A stretch of DNA of 53,406 nt, the filler included, from Bipalium vagum (taxonomy: Eukaryota), in assembly GCA_037834085.1 (NCBI GenBank). It is 3 parts of 3 records of this genome, joined end to end, with 100 filler letters (N's around TTAATTAATTAA, not from the genome) between each part and the next. Parts side by side here need not be neighbours in the genome. Positions count along the whole stretch, not along the records: positions 1 to 20,919 come from JBBMKC010244691.1; 2 more parts are not named here. The stretch is one strand, 5' to 3'. The notes beneath the pieces were generated by a model. It did no database searches and was not told where the DNA came from. It worked only from the letters and a program-made list of their open reading frames with translations. Both the position numbers and the translations under genes were made by a program. The number at the start of each line of letters is the position of its first letter. Position 1 is the first letter of the stretch. This document shows positions 1-11,700 of this stretch, piece by piece.

Positions 1-72
1 ATATTAGCTGCAATTCAAAAATGTTGCCTTTATGTACGTATTAGCTGCAGCTTATACTCGGGATTTTACAGT
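1..72. mobile_element. Terminus of a pogo/Tigger-like (Tc1/mariner superfamily) element or MITE
   Basis: The reverse complement of ~45-72 reads TA|CTGTAAAATCCCGAGTATAAGCTGCAG, a pogo-type terminal inverted repeat (TIR) after a TA target. The partner end lies outside the window. Confidence 0.45.
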
Positions 73-599
73 ATATAAAATTGTTATTCAGAACATTTTT
101 TAAATTGATGTTTTCTTAAAATTTGATACACAATTGATATATATATATATATATCTTTGAAGATTTTTTTAAAATGTCACTTTTTGTACAACTCACTATG
201 TCAATTCAGTTAAAATTTATCTGATTTTTATTATTTATAAATGAAGCCTTTTCTCTGATGCCTATAAATTGTTTAACAATTAGTTATTTATTTTTAGGCA
301 TTTTAATAAAATTTATTATTATGAAGTATTACAGATTTATAGAGGGTTTTTCCAAAGTAGAATTTTATTGCTATTAAATTTTTTCATCATTATCCTCAAT
401 TATAAAAGGATCGAAATGAATCACTACTTAAGCTACGCCAAAGTTCTATTATCACATAAAAATGATTGAGATTAACGATTTTTTAATTTTGATATTTCAT
501 GAAAAAAAATTTCAATGTACCATTTCTAATTGGTTATTTAAAATATTAAAATTCAAAAGTTTTTATTTAACTTTTTTTCTAATTTAAAAAAAATACTTA

Positions 600-1340
600 T
601 AGTGGCTCCATTAAGTATTCATACAGTATTAAAGTTACCAATTTTGTTAAAAAGGTCTTTGATGAAACACTTAAATTTAATGAAAATCTTTACATTACTC
701 ACAAAAAGCACAATTTGAACAAGAGAAATCAAAATAAATTTAATGCAAACTGTAGTAAAAATAAAGAACCCAGGTCTCAATAAATATTCGTATTCTCACA
801 ATATTATGAAGGAACACCTAAATCACTATGATCAATATTTTGTTGCATATCCATTATTGTCAATAATATGTTGCATGCGTTTGGGCATTGATTTAATCTA
901 TATTTGATGTTGATATATATTTTCTTACAAATCCTAAATGTTTTTCTAATTTTTTCACTAATTAAGGATTTTTCTATCACTCGACCATTGAAATCATTAT
1001 TTCTAATAGTTTTTCTCAAGGCTTCAGTTTCTATGCTTCTTCCTTTTAAAAGAATAATATCATTTCATGTACTCTGTGAAATCATGAATGGAGTTTTTTA
1101 ATTTTTCCTATTATTTGACGTTCGTCTCTATTATTTAACATCTTTGGGCGAATGTACCTTATATATAAGTGATAGAACCTGTATTTTTCACTTTTAAATA
1201 ACATCGAATAGTAGATTTTCTTCTGTTAATCACATATTTAATGTCACTGTAACTTTATTCCGTACAATATAATGTAATAATTTGAGTTCTTTTCCAATTT
1301 GACATTTCTCTGATTTTGTCCTCATTATTCATTGTGATAA
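600..1340 (-). mobile_element. Decayed Tc1-like transposon fragment
   Basis: A TIR-like AGTGGCTCCATTAAGTATTCATAC lies at ~601. Minus-strand remnants read RPKMLNNRDERQII and RKTIRNNDFNGRVI..LISEK (ORF 804..1019), matching the Tc1 GRPR and HTH/NLS region. Confidence 0.6.
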
Positions 1341-1448
1341 TAAATTTTAAACACAATTGCAATTCTTTCACTTTTGATTTTATCTATACTAATTATTTTT
1401 GCTATAAGATATGATTTAGAAGGATAAGAGAATTTTTTTATTAATATT

Positions 1449-3070
1449 CAGTGATACAGGAAAAAAATTATTCGTACACCACTTATTTAATAATCAAATT
1501 GTTATTTTTTTCAAAAAATCAATAGAAAATTTTTTATTAAATTAGTTAGAATTTTTTTATCAAATCCAAGTAGTTTTCATAAAAATTCAAAAACTGAAAA
1601 ATTTCACTGGAAAAAAATTACGAGCTTTACTTTTATTACAAATCCAATTTTCTGATTAAAAAAAAAGAAAATATTTAATTGACCAAAATGAAGCTTATTT
1701 TAATCACCTGTTTTGCTAAATTATAGATGGTATCAATGTAATTTTAAAAAGGTTTCGCAATATTGGAAAAACTATCTGAAACTATCTCATCCTACAGTTC
1801 AAAATGTTTCAAGTTGGATATTCAAAATGAAAAGAGAATCAAGCAAACCAAAATCATTAACAGACAGACAAACCTAATATATTGTTAAAAAGTAATGAAA
1901 AATTCACAACTAAGTTCTTCCAAACTTGCAAAGACATCTCTTCAATTTCAGGAACTATTATTTCACCCAAAACCATTCGAAATCGGCTACGTAAAGCAGG
2001 TTATCAAACTGGAATCTCTAGAAAAAACCTTTCATTATTGAAATAAGCCGACAAAAAGACTTGACTTTGCCGAGTGTTGTAGGTCATATTGATGCCGTTG
2101 GAATTCTGGTAATTCTTTAACAAAAAATTATTTATGAAAAATGCATCCGGCAGAATCTTCCTCCATTTTCTTGTGTATTAGTTACAAGCGGCCTTTCGGC
2201 TACAGGGATCCCGCAACAGGGCAATATGACCGTTCGTTGCCTGGTTATCTACTGCAACCAGGTTTTTACACTATTTAAGTCGAGAGAAATTACATAGTAA
2301 AAATATCGTACCTTCCGAGGAACAGTAGTATTTATTTCACCGTATTGCATCCATTTATTGATTAAAATAAGTACAATATTTTGGTTTTGAAGGGGCAAAA
2401 ATATATTTGGAAAAAATATAAGATAGAACGTACTCAAAAATATCATTCCAATTGTGAAATATGACAGTGTAGTGCTATGATTACGGGTTTTATGAGTGCA
2501 GCTGGAGTATAAAAAAATTTTAATAATAGAAAGGATTATGATTGACCTAGGCTATGTTAAAATACTCCAAGACAATTTAACAAAAAATGAGAAAAACGGT
2601 ACCTGTTCTAATAGAGGACAATGACTGAAGCATACTGATTACACAACCAGGAATTTTTTTTATAAGACCAGAAAAATATTTACTTCGCTGTATATTTACC
2701 CTGTAGAAAATTTGTGGTCGAATTTGGTGAGAAAATTTCGTCAAAAAGATATTCATTCCGAAAAGAGCTGATTGAGGGTTTGGTGAAATCATGATCAGAA
2801 ATAATATTTGAAACTACAAATACAATACCTAGAAGACTCAAACCAATAATTAACAATAATGGAGGGCATAAAAGTATGAGTTACGATGTTGGTATCAGAA
2901 TTTTTTCAAAAATTATATTTTTGTGAAAACCATTTGAAATAATAATTTTTCCTTTCTAACTTATTTTTCTTGCTTTTCTATTGATTTATGTGAAAACCTG
3001 AAGGATTCAGTTAATCAAAACTTATTTTAGCTTAAAAAATGAAGTGTACAAATACTTTTTTCTTTCACTG
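1449..3070 (+). mobile_element. Decayed near-full-length Tc1-like transposon with an internal insertion at ~2075-2350
   Basis: The imperfect TIRs are CAGTGATACAGGAAAAAAATTATTCGTACAC (1449) and GTGTACAAATACTTTTTTCTTTCACTG|TA (to 3070). Frameshifted transposase motifs include KTIRNRLRKAGY (~1970), MSAAGV (~2490), DND (~2620), PVENLWS (~2700) and NNGGH (~2855). Confidence 0.75.
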
Positions 3071-3438
3071 TATATCTATTAAGCAATATTTGCTATTAAA
3101 AGTTAATTATTAATACAAAGTTTACTACATTTAATAATGGACATTTATTTTATCGATCTCATTTTTTGTATAATATTTAAATATATTGATTAATATATTA
3201 ATATTGATAATTTCAATTATACTTAATTAATGTCAGATTATTGATATACAATATTATTAAAAAGTAGTGATAAAAAATAGCCTACGAAATTACTAAGTAG
3301 AATTGAGAATTTTTCCACTTTTAACTATTATTGATTAAATATTTTTGTAATTTTATAAAAGATTTAATTTTTTTAAAAATTTGAAAATATCATTTAATTA
3401 TTAAAGCTCATTTTATTACTTGGAAAACTAATATTAAG

Positions 3439-4601
3439 GAATTTCTGGTTTTGCGACTACATCCAACAAATCTTGAGGAAGGTCGAAGAACTTATTCAAA
3501 AATGTTTGAATTTTTCCACGGAAAAGATAGATGTGGTGTCATTGATCAAAAAAAATTAGGGTTGAAAGATTGTTTTATTTATCCACTCAATGCTCATTCT
3601 AAAATCCCGTCATTCTTATTACCTTTCAATGGACCCGGATTTGAAAAACGTCGTCCTCATATGTTACTGATGCTGATTGTTCGTAGTCCTTTAGATTCAA
3701 ATATATACAAATCATTTTCGTAAAGATTTGCTATTATTAAATTCTATCGTTACCTTTTGAAATTAGACCGAAATATGATCAGGATCATGATTTCACTCAA
3801 AATCACGGGATTAATTTGGAGAAATATTGTCAACCTCTAATGACTTCATCAGTGTGCCCGTCTCCAATTATTGAGGATAAATCAGCTGACTTAATTTCAG
3901 ATAAAAAATCCATTTCGGTCGGTAATGTAGATAATGAAGAAGAGAATAAAGGTATTTATACATACATACATACTACTACTACTACTACTACCAATAAATA
4001 ATAATAATAAAATAATTTTATTATTATAGAAGAAAGTAAATGTGATGTATTATGCCCCTCAGTGGATAATAATGAATTATCTGAGAAACTCAACGCACCA
4101 ATAATGTGTGACTATATTAATAGTCAAAATGACGAAAAACCACATTCCTTGAAAGATGCAGAAGCAGAAGTGGAAGGAGAATCTTATAATGAAAAAGTTG
4201 AAAAATATACAAAAACTGAGTTCGACCAGATTGCCAGTCCCACGAAACTCGAAGATAGCTCAATGGTTGTACCATTTCAAAATTGTCAGAAATCGAATTC
4301 TGCTCACGAGAAAGTGGATACAATACAGAGCCACCTAGAAGAGGAGGATCACGGGGATTTTGATTTACGTTTACTTTCCAAAAATCACAGTTCTCTCATC
4401 AAGTCTAATCAAAACTGTATGGAAAATAGATCTGATAGCTGTTTCGGTGTTTTCAGTATTTCGCCTAATCACAAACGGATTTATACATTTTATGATGCTC
4501 ATTTTGACGATCCAGATTCTGATTCGAAACGAGCTAAATATTTCTTCAATCCGCGATTCCCAGACATTAACAGAAATGCCAGTCGATCTCTTCCAATTTA
4601 G
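3439..4601 (+). CDS. 3' exons of a SPOC-domain protein, PHF3/DIDO1 family (5' part upstream of the window)
   Basis: GT-AG exons 3439-3719, 3767-3951 and 4030-4601 splice in frame. EFLVLRLHP..YSKMFEFFHGKDRCGVI..KDCFIYPL..IPSFLLPFNGPGFEKRRPHMLLMLIV matches the C-terminal half of the DIDO1/PHF3 SPOC domain (KDLYLIPL..LLPFEGPGLE..RP). A low-complexity tail follows. Confidence 0.85.
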
Positions 4602-5619
4602 TCATCATCGTATCAGTTTCAGATGCATATATTAATCAATTAATTCTGTTTTTTAAATTTGAATGTGCTGTATATGGTTTTGTACAAAATTGATTTATAT
4701 ACTGACTCAGTTATTCTTTTTTAAAATTATTTTTTCATATATTATTTTGAAGTTATCGATAAACTAAAGAAAAATTGTAAATATGTTTCGAAAAATATTT
4801 TCCCAGATATGTATTGTTTTCGTCAATATTTGTTAGTTTTTTTGAACCAATAAACCTAGATTCGAATGACTCGTGTTTTCCCCTTGAAACATGTGTCATC
4901 GTCTTTTTCAGCAATAAATTATTTGTTTAAAAATTATTTGAGAAGTTAATTAATATTCACTTACGATATTTTACCGTGAGGGACTTGTCATGTCCATGCT
5001 TATTAACTAATTCTTCCATTATTTTCAGTTTTCAAAGATTCTTGACAGTAAATTTATTACTGAATGTAATCAACATAAAATCAGTTCCTGCTGACCTCAT
5101 TATTAATGTCTGCATTGTTGATTGAAATGTGTGAACATTGAAAGAAATGAAGAATGTTTTCCAAGATTTATTGTCTTTCCGACAAGTTTCTTATTTTTTA
5201 AAAAAATGTTTCTTTTCAATTTCTATGCAATAGAGTAAAATTTTTTCCTGAAATTTGTTTTTATTTATTCTGATTTATCTATCAAAAATATCTTTCATTT
5301 TAATGAGAAATTTGAATTTAAAATTCTAGTCCTGATTTTAGCCGTTGTTTTTAATAACGTGTTCCAGTTTTTGATTAGGGAAAAATATTTTCATTCTAAT
5401 ATGATATTTAAATTAAAATTATTGAAGATTTTTTCCGTTTGTTACCTTAACAGAGATTGTATAAGTACTGACACTTAATCGTTCGGAAATTTTTGATTAG
5501 CTTACTAACAGATTTATTAAAAAGTTAATTTTATTTCAAAAATGTAATTTGAATGACCTAAGTTTTGAAAGTCTTATGAGTTGAAATTTGATTTAACTGT
5601 TGCATTTAAAAATTTTTTA

Positions 5620-6225
5620 TGAAAATATGGTACAATTATCAGAATTTCAACAGGGCTTTCTATGTTGATTATTAGATGCTGGTATGAGCATCAGGAGTGT
5701 CGCATAAAGAATGGGTGTAACAATTAGGACAATCCAAAAGTGGTGGGATCAATTTCGAAAAGAAGGCAATCTCGACAGAAAGACTGGATCTGGCCAGAAC
5801 AACAGAAAGACAAAAAGCAGCTTTGGTTTTGAGTGTCAAAAGAAATCGTTTCAAGCCGGTGACCAAAGTTGGAAATGAATGGATAAAGGTGAATAAATTA
5901 ACCTGCTCCTTACGTACCGCAAGACAAATCGTTTTGATGCTGGATACAAATTTCAGAGATAATATATGTATGGAATTCTATTCCACAACAGTCAATTCAA
6001 CGAGTAATCTCAAACATGCCTGAAAGGCTTAGTGAATGTATTAAGAAAGGTGGTGGTCAGACATCATGCTAATTAATTCATGAGAAAGACAAAAAGGTTC
6101 TCTTTAGGGCCACAAGCATTGATTGTTAATTTATTCAATTGATTTCGTAAATATTGGTTGAAAATATGGTAATTGAAAGTTTAAAAAAATTCATGAAAAA
6201 GTGTACTACTTTTCTTGGCCACTAT
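5620..6225 (+). mobile_element. Internally deleted Tc1-like transposon remnant
   Basis: It shows an MVQLSEFQQG start, KWWDQFRKEGNLDRKTGSG, a C-terminal KKGGGQTS end, and a right TIR-like GTGTACTACTTTTCTTGGCCACT at ~6201-6223. Confidence 0.6.
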
Positions 6226-8787
6226 TTTAGTTACTTTTTAATAAATTTATCTTGTTTTACAATTTTAATAAGTCATAAAAAAGGAAAATGAAAAGAAATA
6301 AAATTTGCCATCACAGTCTCGATAATAATTAATGTAGAGGTATGTTCACGATCGATTGAAATTGATGTTTGGCTCAGATCTTGTTGAAGTGTGTAAAGGA
6401 ATCGAGATTATGTTCATATCAGGACATTAAACTCTCCTGATTTGTCCTATCGTTTCAGAAATATAAACCAACTTGCAATATTAAAAAAATTAATGTTTCT
6501 ATGGCTTCTAACCAGTTTCCCATAACTTCTGTGTTTGCAATTTTATTATTTTAAAATTATAAAATAATGTTAGTTTGAATTCTGGTCAATGTTCATAGAC
6601 TCCACCATATTATGGATGTCTCACGTGAAATCAAATTTCAAGTCTTTAGCAATTCAGCTGGTTGGGCAACATTTATATTTACTCAATTACTTAATAAAGT
6701 AATCACAAAAATTAAGAGATCATTTTATCTAGTTTACCGAATTTTCGCAAAATAAGATATAACCGGTATCAACCTTTTCTTTATAGAGGCTATTCAGTAC
6801 ATTTCTATCGTGGAGCTTATAATTTATCGACAATTTCTGAAATATTTTTCGTAAGTGGCAGTGTCCTGAGAAAGAAATGATACTTAGATTTTGTACTATA
6901 TAAAAGAACTTGTTAAAACAAGAAATACATAAACAGTCGTAATCATTCAAACAAAACCCCTTTAAAATTATAGAATGCAATTCTCCAATTTCTAGTAAAA
7001 CATTTTCATCAAAACTGATAGCAAACTCAAAATGGAAAAGAAATTTATTCTTGGATACGTTATATAAATATATATTCATACAGCAAAGAAAGCTCAGTCT
7101 TGAACAAGATGTTTCACATACTTATGACCTGATTTTTGGTGGCAAACGAATCGAATGATGAAAATGGAACATGTAATTTATTTTTAGTTTTCACAGTCAA
7201 TTCGTCCAGTCTTTTCCGAATTTCGTAAAAATTGTTGGGTTCTGGGGATTATAATAAATGATAATAAATAGTGATGATAATGATGTTAATTAATAAAAAT
7301 AATTTTAATTATAATAAAAATAATTTTTTTGTAAGAACAAAAGAAAATCATTTATAATTTAGCTGCATCGTCGGAGCGTTAAGAAAAAATATTTTAATAA
7401 TCGAAGCATTGAAATTTCCACACCGAGACAGAATTGGAGAGTAAGAGCCATTCTGGGTAATAGCCGTCCGGAATCGTCATTCGGACGTGGAGATTGATGA
7501 TCGTATCCAAAATCCATTCCTACATAAAGAGACAGCTATTCCTAGAAAGGGCCGCAATAAGAATTTCAGAACTTATTCCAAAACAACGTTTAGAGAAAAG
7601 AACTTTCAATTTTCAGAAGGACAAGTTGACAGATGATTCCAGATGATTTTCCAGAGTACCCAACGAAGACTCAGATTTTCCTACTCATTTGTGTTTTTCA
7701 AGTGGATATGCTTTCGCAAGAAGCTTTTAAAACGGGTCCCGTCGAGTTCTGGACTCCTTCGGCGACCTGAAAAGGGCCTAGTAGACGACTCGAAAATCTG
7801 TTGTCGCTCCGGATGAAACCGATCCGTTTACATTATTTTGTTTTCGTTTTCTTTACTTAACCATTATTATCGATTATTGATTTTATTCTATTTTTGTATT
7901 ACCATTGCCATTGGACTTGATTTTGTTTCATTTTAGACGTTGATAGATTTACGGTTTTTGATTTTTAGTTGTTGTGATAAAATGAAAAAAGTTTTATTGT
8001 GAGTGTTTTGATTCAGTTTTTAGGGTGCGGATAAAGTATTACTGTGGGAGTTTTGATTCAAGTTGAGTTTAATCGAATTCGAGCAAAAAATATTAAGTGA
8101 GGCGTTACGAATAGACGAGCGAAGGTTACTTTGTTAAGCTACAATAGTAACAAAATGCCATACCTTTAATTCTTTAATTAGAGTTTGAATTTTAGATCAT
8201 CATGCCTTTGATAGTAATTATAAAATCTGTGAGGTATAAACTACATAAGTACCCAATATTGATGTATTCAGCCAGCTTTCAGCTCTTTACTTATACCTTC
8301 TTAGATGAATTATTACTTACAAAAATTTGAAAGCGACAGCTTTTTAAAATTAAATATATTAAACATAATAAAGATTAGTTTATTAAAAAATATAGACAAA
8401 CATATTTTTAATAATATTTTAAATTTTATATTAAAAAATTAATTTTTGTCATTTATATAATAATAGTTTTATATAATATAAAATATATGAAAAATTTTTT
8501 CTGAAAGAAATTAATGAAATACTTTTAAGTTTTAAATAAAACTTATATATATATATATATATGTAATAAATTTTGATTTATTAATATAAGATAAAATTTT
8601 TAATTCATAATCAAAAATACTTCTTTTTCATTAAATAATAAATTATCTAAATGTTGTTTTACCAAGTTATTTTGGTATAGTAATATCAAATTCATTTTTC
8701 GAAGCTAATCAAAATCTTACACCATTTTTATCGATCTCTGGCGGGTATTTTAGAATTTATTTTCAAATTTTCTAAGTCAAAGCTTGG

Positions 8788-11700
8788 ATGAAAATGAAAA
8801 AGTTGTGTTTCTTTTGTTCGATTATTCTTGGTTAGTTTAATCATTATTGACTGAAATATATAACTGTTTTTCAGCTTTTTCAATAGTTCAGGCTTCCAGT
8901 TACGAAGAGAAAACTTATGAAAAAGAAAATAATCACAAGAAAAGTAAAGAAAATGTGGATTTAAAACCATCCGTTGAAAAAGAAGATGACTTGAAAACTG
9001 GATATAAAGTTGATAACAGTGTAACAAAATCAAAAGATTCATCAAAAACTGATGACGAAGTTGTTGCAAGGTATATCTGCTTTTGAATTCATATGGTTTA
9101 CATAATTTTTATGTTTTCACCAGAGAGGAAGAAGCTATTAACATTGATGGGTTAAGTGTAAGTCAAATGAAAGAACTAAGGGACAAAACAGAAAAGTACG
9201 TGTTCCAGACGGAAGTTGATCGAATGATGAAATTGATCATTAATTCATTATATAAAAATAAAGAGGTATGGATTTTTTCATTATTGATTTATAAATACTA
9301 CTTATTAGTAAATAAAACATAAATGCCATCTTTTGCACATTTTCAGGAAAATGAACCAAATTATAAATCTTAAGAATTAATTTTTTGTAGATGAAATTCT
9401 ATACACAAACATTATTGGTGTAATTAATAATGTTTTCATATTAACCATTCCACCAGTGATTTTGTCTATTTGTTGGAAAACTTGTTTTATTTAATACCAG
9501 AAATAAAATATTTTCATTTTCTAAATATGCAATAAATTTGGAAATGCATCCATTTGAATGTTAAAAAAATTTGGTAATACAATAATTGTAACATTTGTAA
9601 AATGCTTTTGTGCTATTTCTTCATAAATTAGGTCTGCTTTTTATGTAAAATTATTTGTTATTTATCAAAAAGTTAAAGTAATGAAAATTTGTCATTGACA
9701 ATATTGAAGAATATCTATAGAATTAATAAATTAAAATGATATAATTTTTGTTTTATTTAAAAACGACATATAATAGTTAACTCAGTAGTTAAATAAATAA
9801 ATAAAATATAAGCTGCACAATAATCAAAATAAAAAAAAACAAAAGTTCATACTATGGAATATTAACGACTTTGTTTTTTTCTAATTTTATTCCTATAACT
9901 TGAAAATTAGATCCTGGATATTTATAACATATAAATTCATTGTTATTAACAACTTAAAACTTGAAGTTTCCTTTTTTTTTATTAATAATAATAAATAATA
10001 GATAGTAAGTGTTTTTGACTAAATAAGACATGTTGAGAAGGAACTTTTTTGATAGTCTGAGAGATTAACCTAGATGAATCGTAGAAAAAAATTGAAAAAT
10101 ATATGTTAAAACCAGTATTTAGTTAGAATATGAAAAGAGGTTTATCATGTACTGAAATATATTTAGGCTGACATTTTATTCCGACTATATTTATATAGAT
10201 TGACATTTTATTTTTAAGAAAATTGATAAATACTAGTATGCACCAGGACGAATTGTTTTATGAAGGAAAATGTCGATATTCCTAAACAGAACGAATATTT
10301 TCTTCCAATATATCGAAGAAATTTTATTTAGTTTAGTAAACAAATTGAAAAGAAATCAAGAAATCATACTTGATAAATGATAAAAATTTCGTATTAATTT
10401 TAGGAAGTTAATGTAACCAAGTAGATTTTTTGAGATTAATACATTAAATTAATAAAAAGAAAGGACAAATACTTGAAAAATCAAACAATTTTAATAAATA
10501 TTCATAAAGTTGACAAATAAATTTATAAATTAAAAATCAATTTTTGATTTTAAAATTAATTCAAATCGATAAAATATATTTTAAGATTAATTTTCTTGAA
10601 TTGAAAATCTATTAAGCCAACGGATAAGGGTAATGCTTATAGAGAGAAATAAAACAGTTGAATCTATCATTAATAATATTTGAAGATCTCATTGGATATA
10701 ACACAAGAAAAATCTTTTGTTTTAACTTATCAATTTAATTCAAATTTGAAATTAGAAAAATAAATTTTTATTAAAAAATATGTTAAAATATCCGACTTTT
10801 CATTCTTTAACGATTGAATAGTTTAGTTTCAAACATTTTTATTACATCTCGTAACTTTAACAATGTGAAAAACATAAGAACAAATTTTAGTTAAACAAAA
10901 AATGTTAGTTAAACAAAAAATGTTAGTTAAACGCCTTAACAAAATTTTCACAATAGTTAGGACATTTTTAATATATTAAATAAGCTAATATTTTAAACCT
11001 AATTTTCTATAAAGGTGTATTTTTAATTTTTTTCTTCAAATAATATTCGAGGCGAAACATTCTTTCGAGAAAAAATAATATTTCTGAATAATGAAAATAT
11101 TAAAAAAAATTTCGTTTGTCAAAATTTAAAAATCTCTACAAAAATGTATCTCACACTTATTAAGTTTGGTTCTCGGATCTTTAAAAAACAAACAAGATTT
11201 TATTTAAATTAAATAGAAATTTTTATATTTCTGATAATTATCAAATTGCTGAAAATGCTCCATATTTTGGCATTTTCAATATTTTTCAAGGTTACGAGCA
11301 CTATCACCAAGTATAAAGAGGTTTTCATTAATCTTGGTTAAACTTCGAAAAAGCAAGCAGAAATTGCAAATTTGTTTTTCCTACTTTTAAAAAAACCTAT
11401 TATATAAGTTATATCAACAATAAAAATATAAAAAATACAAATAAATACAAATTGGAGATTGATTCCATTCACTGTGGATTATGAGTACTCAAAAATTTAT
11501 TCCACAAGTATATTTTAAATACTAAAAATAGATAATCAACATTTCTCAATAAAATATACACAAGTGTGATTATATATTGTTTTTTTCACTTTGATTTTTA
11601 GATATTTTTACGGGAATTAATTTCCAATGCGTCTGATGCTCTGGATAAAATGCGATATATTGCTCTAGTAAATCAAGAAAAAGATCATGACAATGATGAC

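Noticed and set aside
2176-2200. Twister-like GTTACAAGC
   Set aside because: The flanks do not form the P4 stem, and the other twister elements are absent.
7765-7810. Hammerhead-like CTGAAAAG...CGAAA
   Set aside because: The core is CTGAAAAG rather than CUGANGA, and stems II and III do not pair convincingly.
8705-8724. ERSE-like CTAAT-N9-ACACC upstream of GRP94
   Set aside because: It has three mismatches to CCAAT-N9-CCACG and is not distinguishable from chance.
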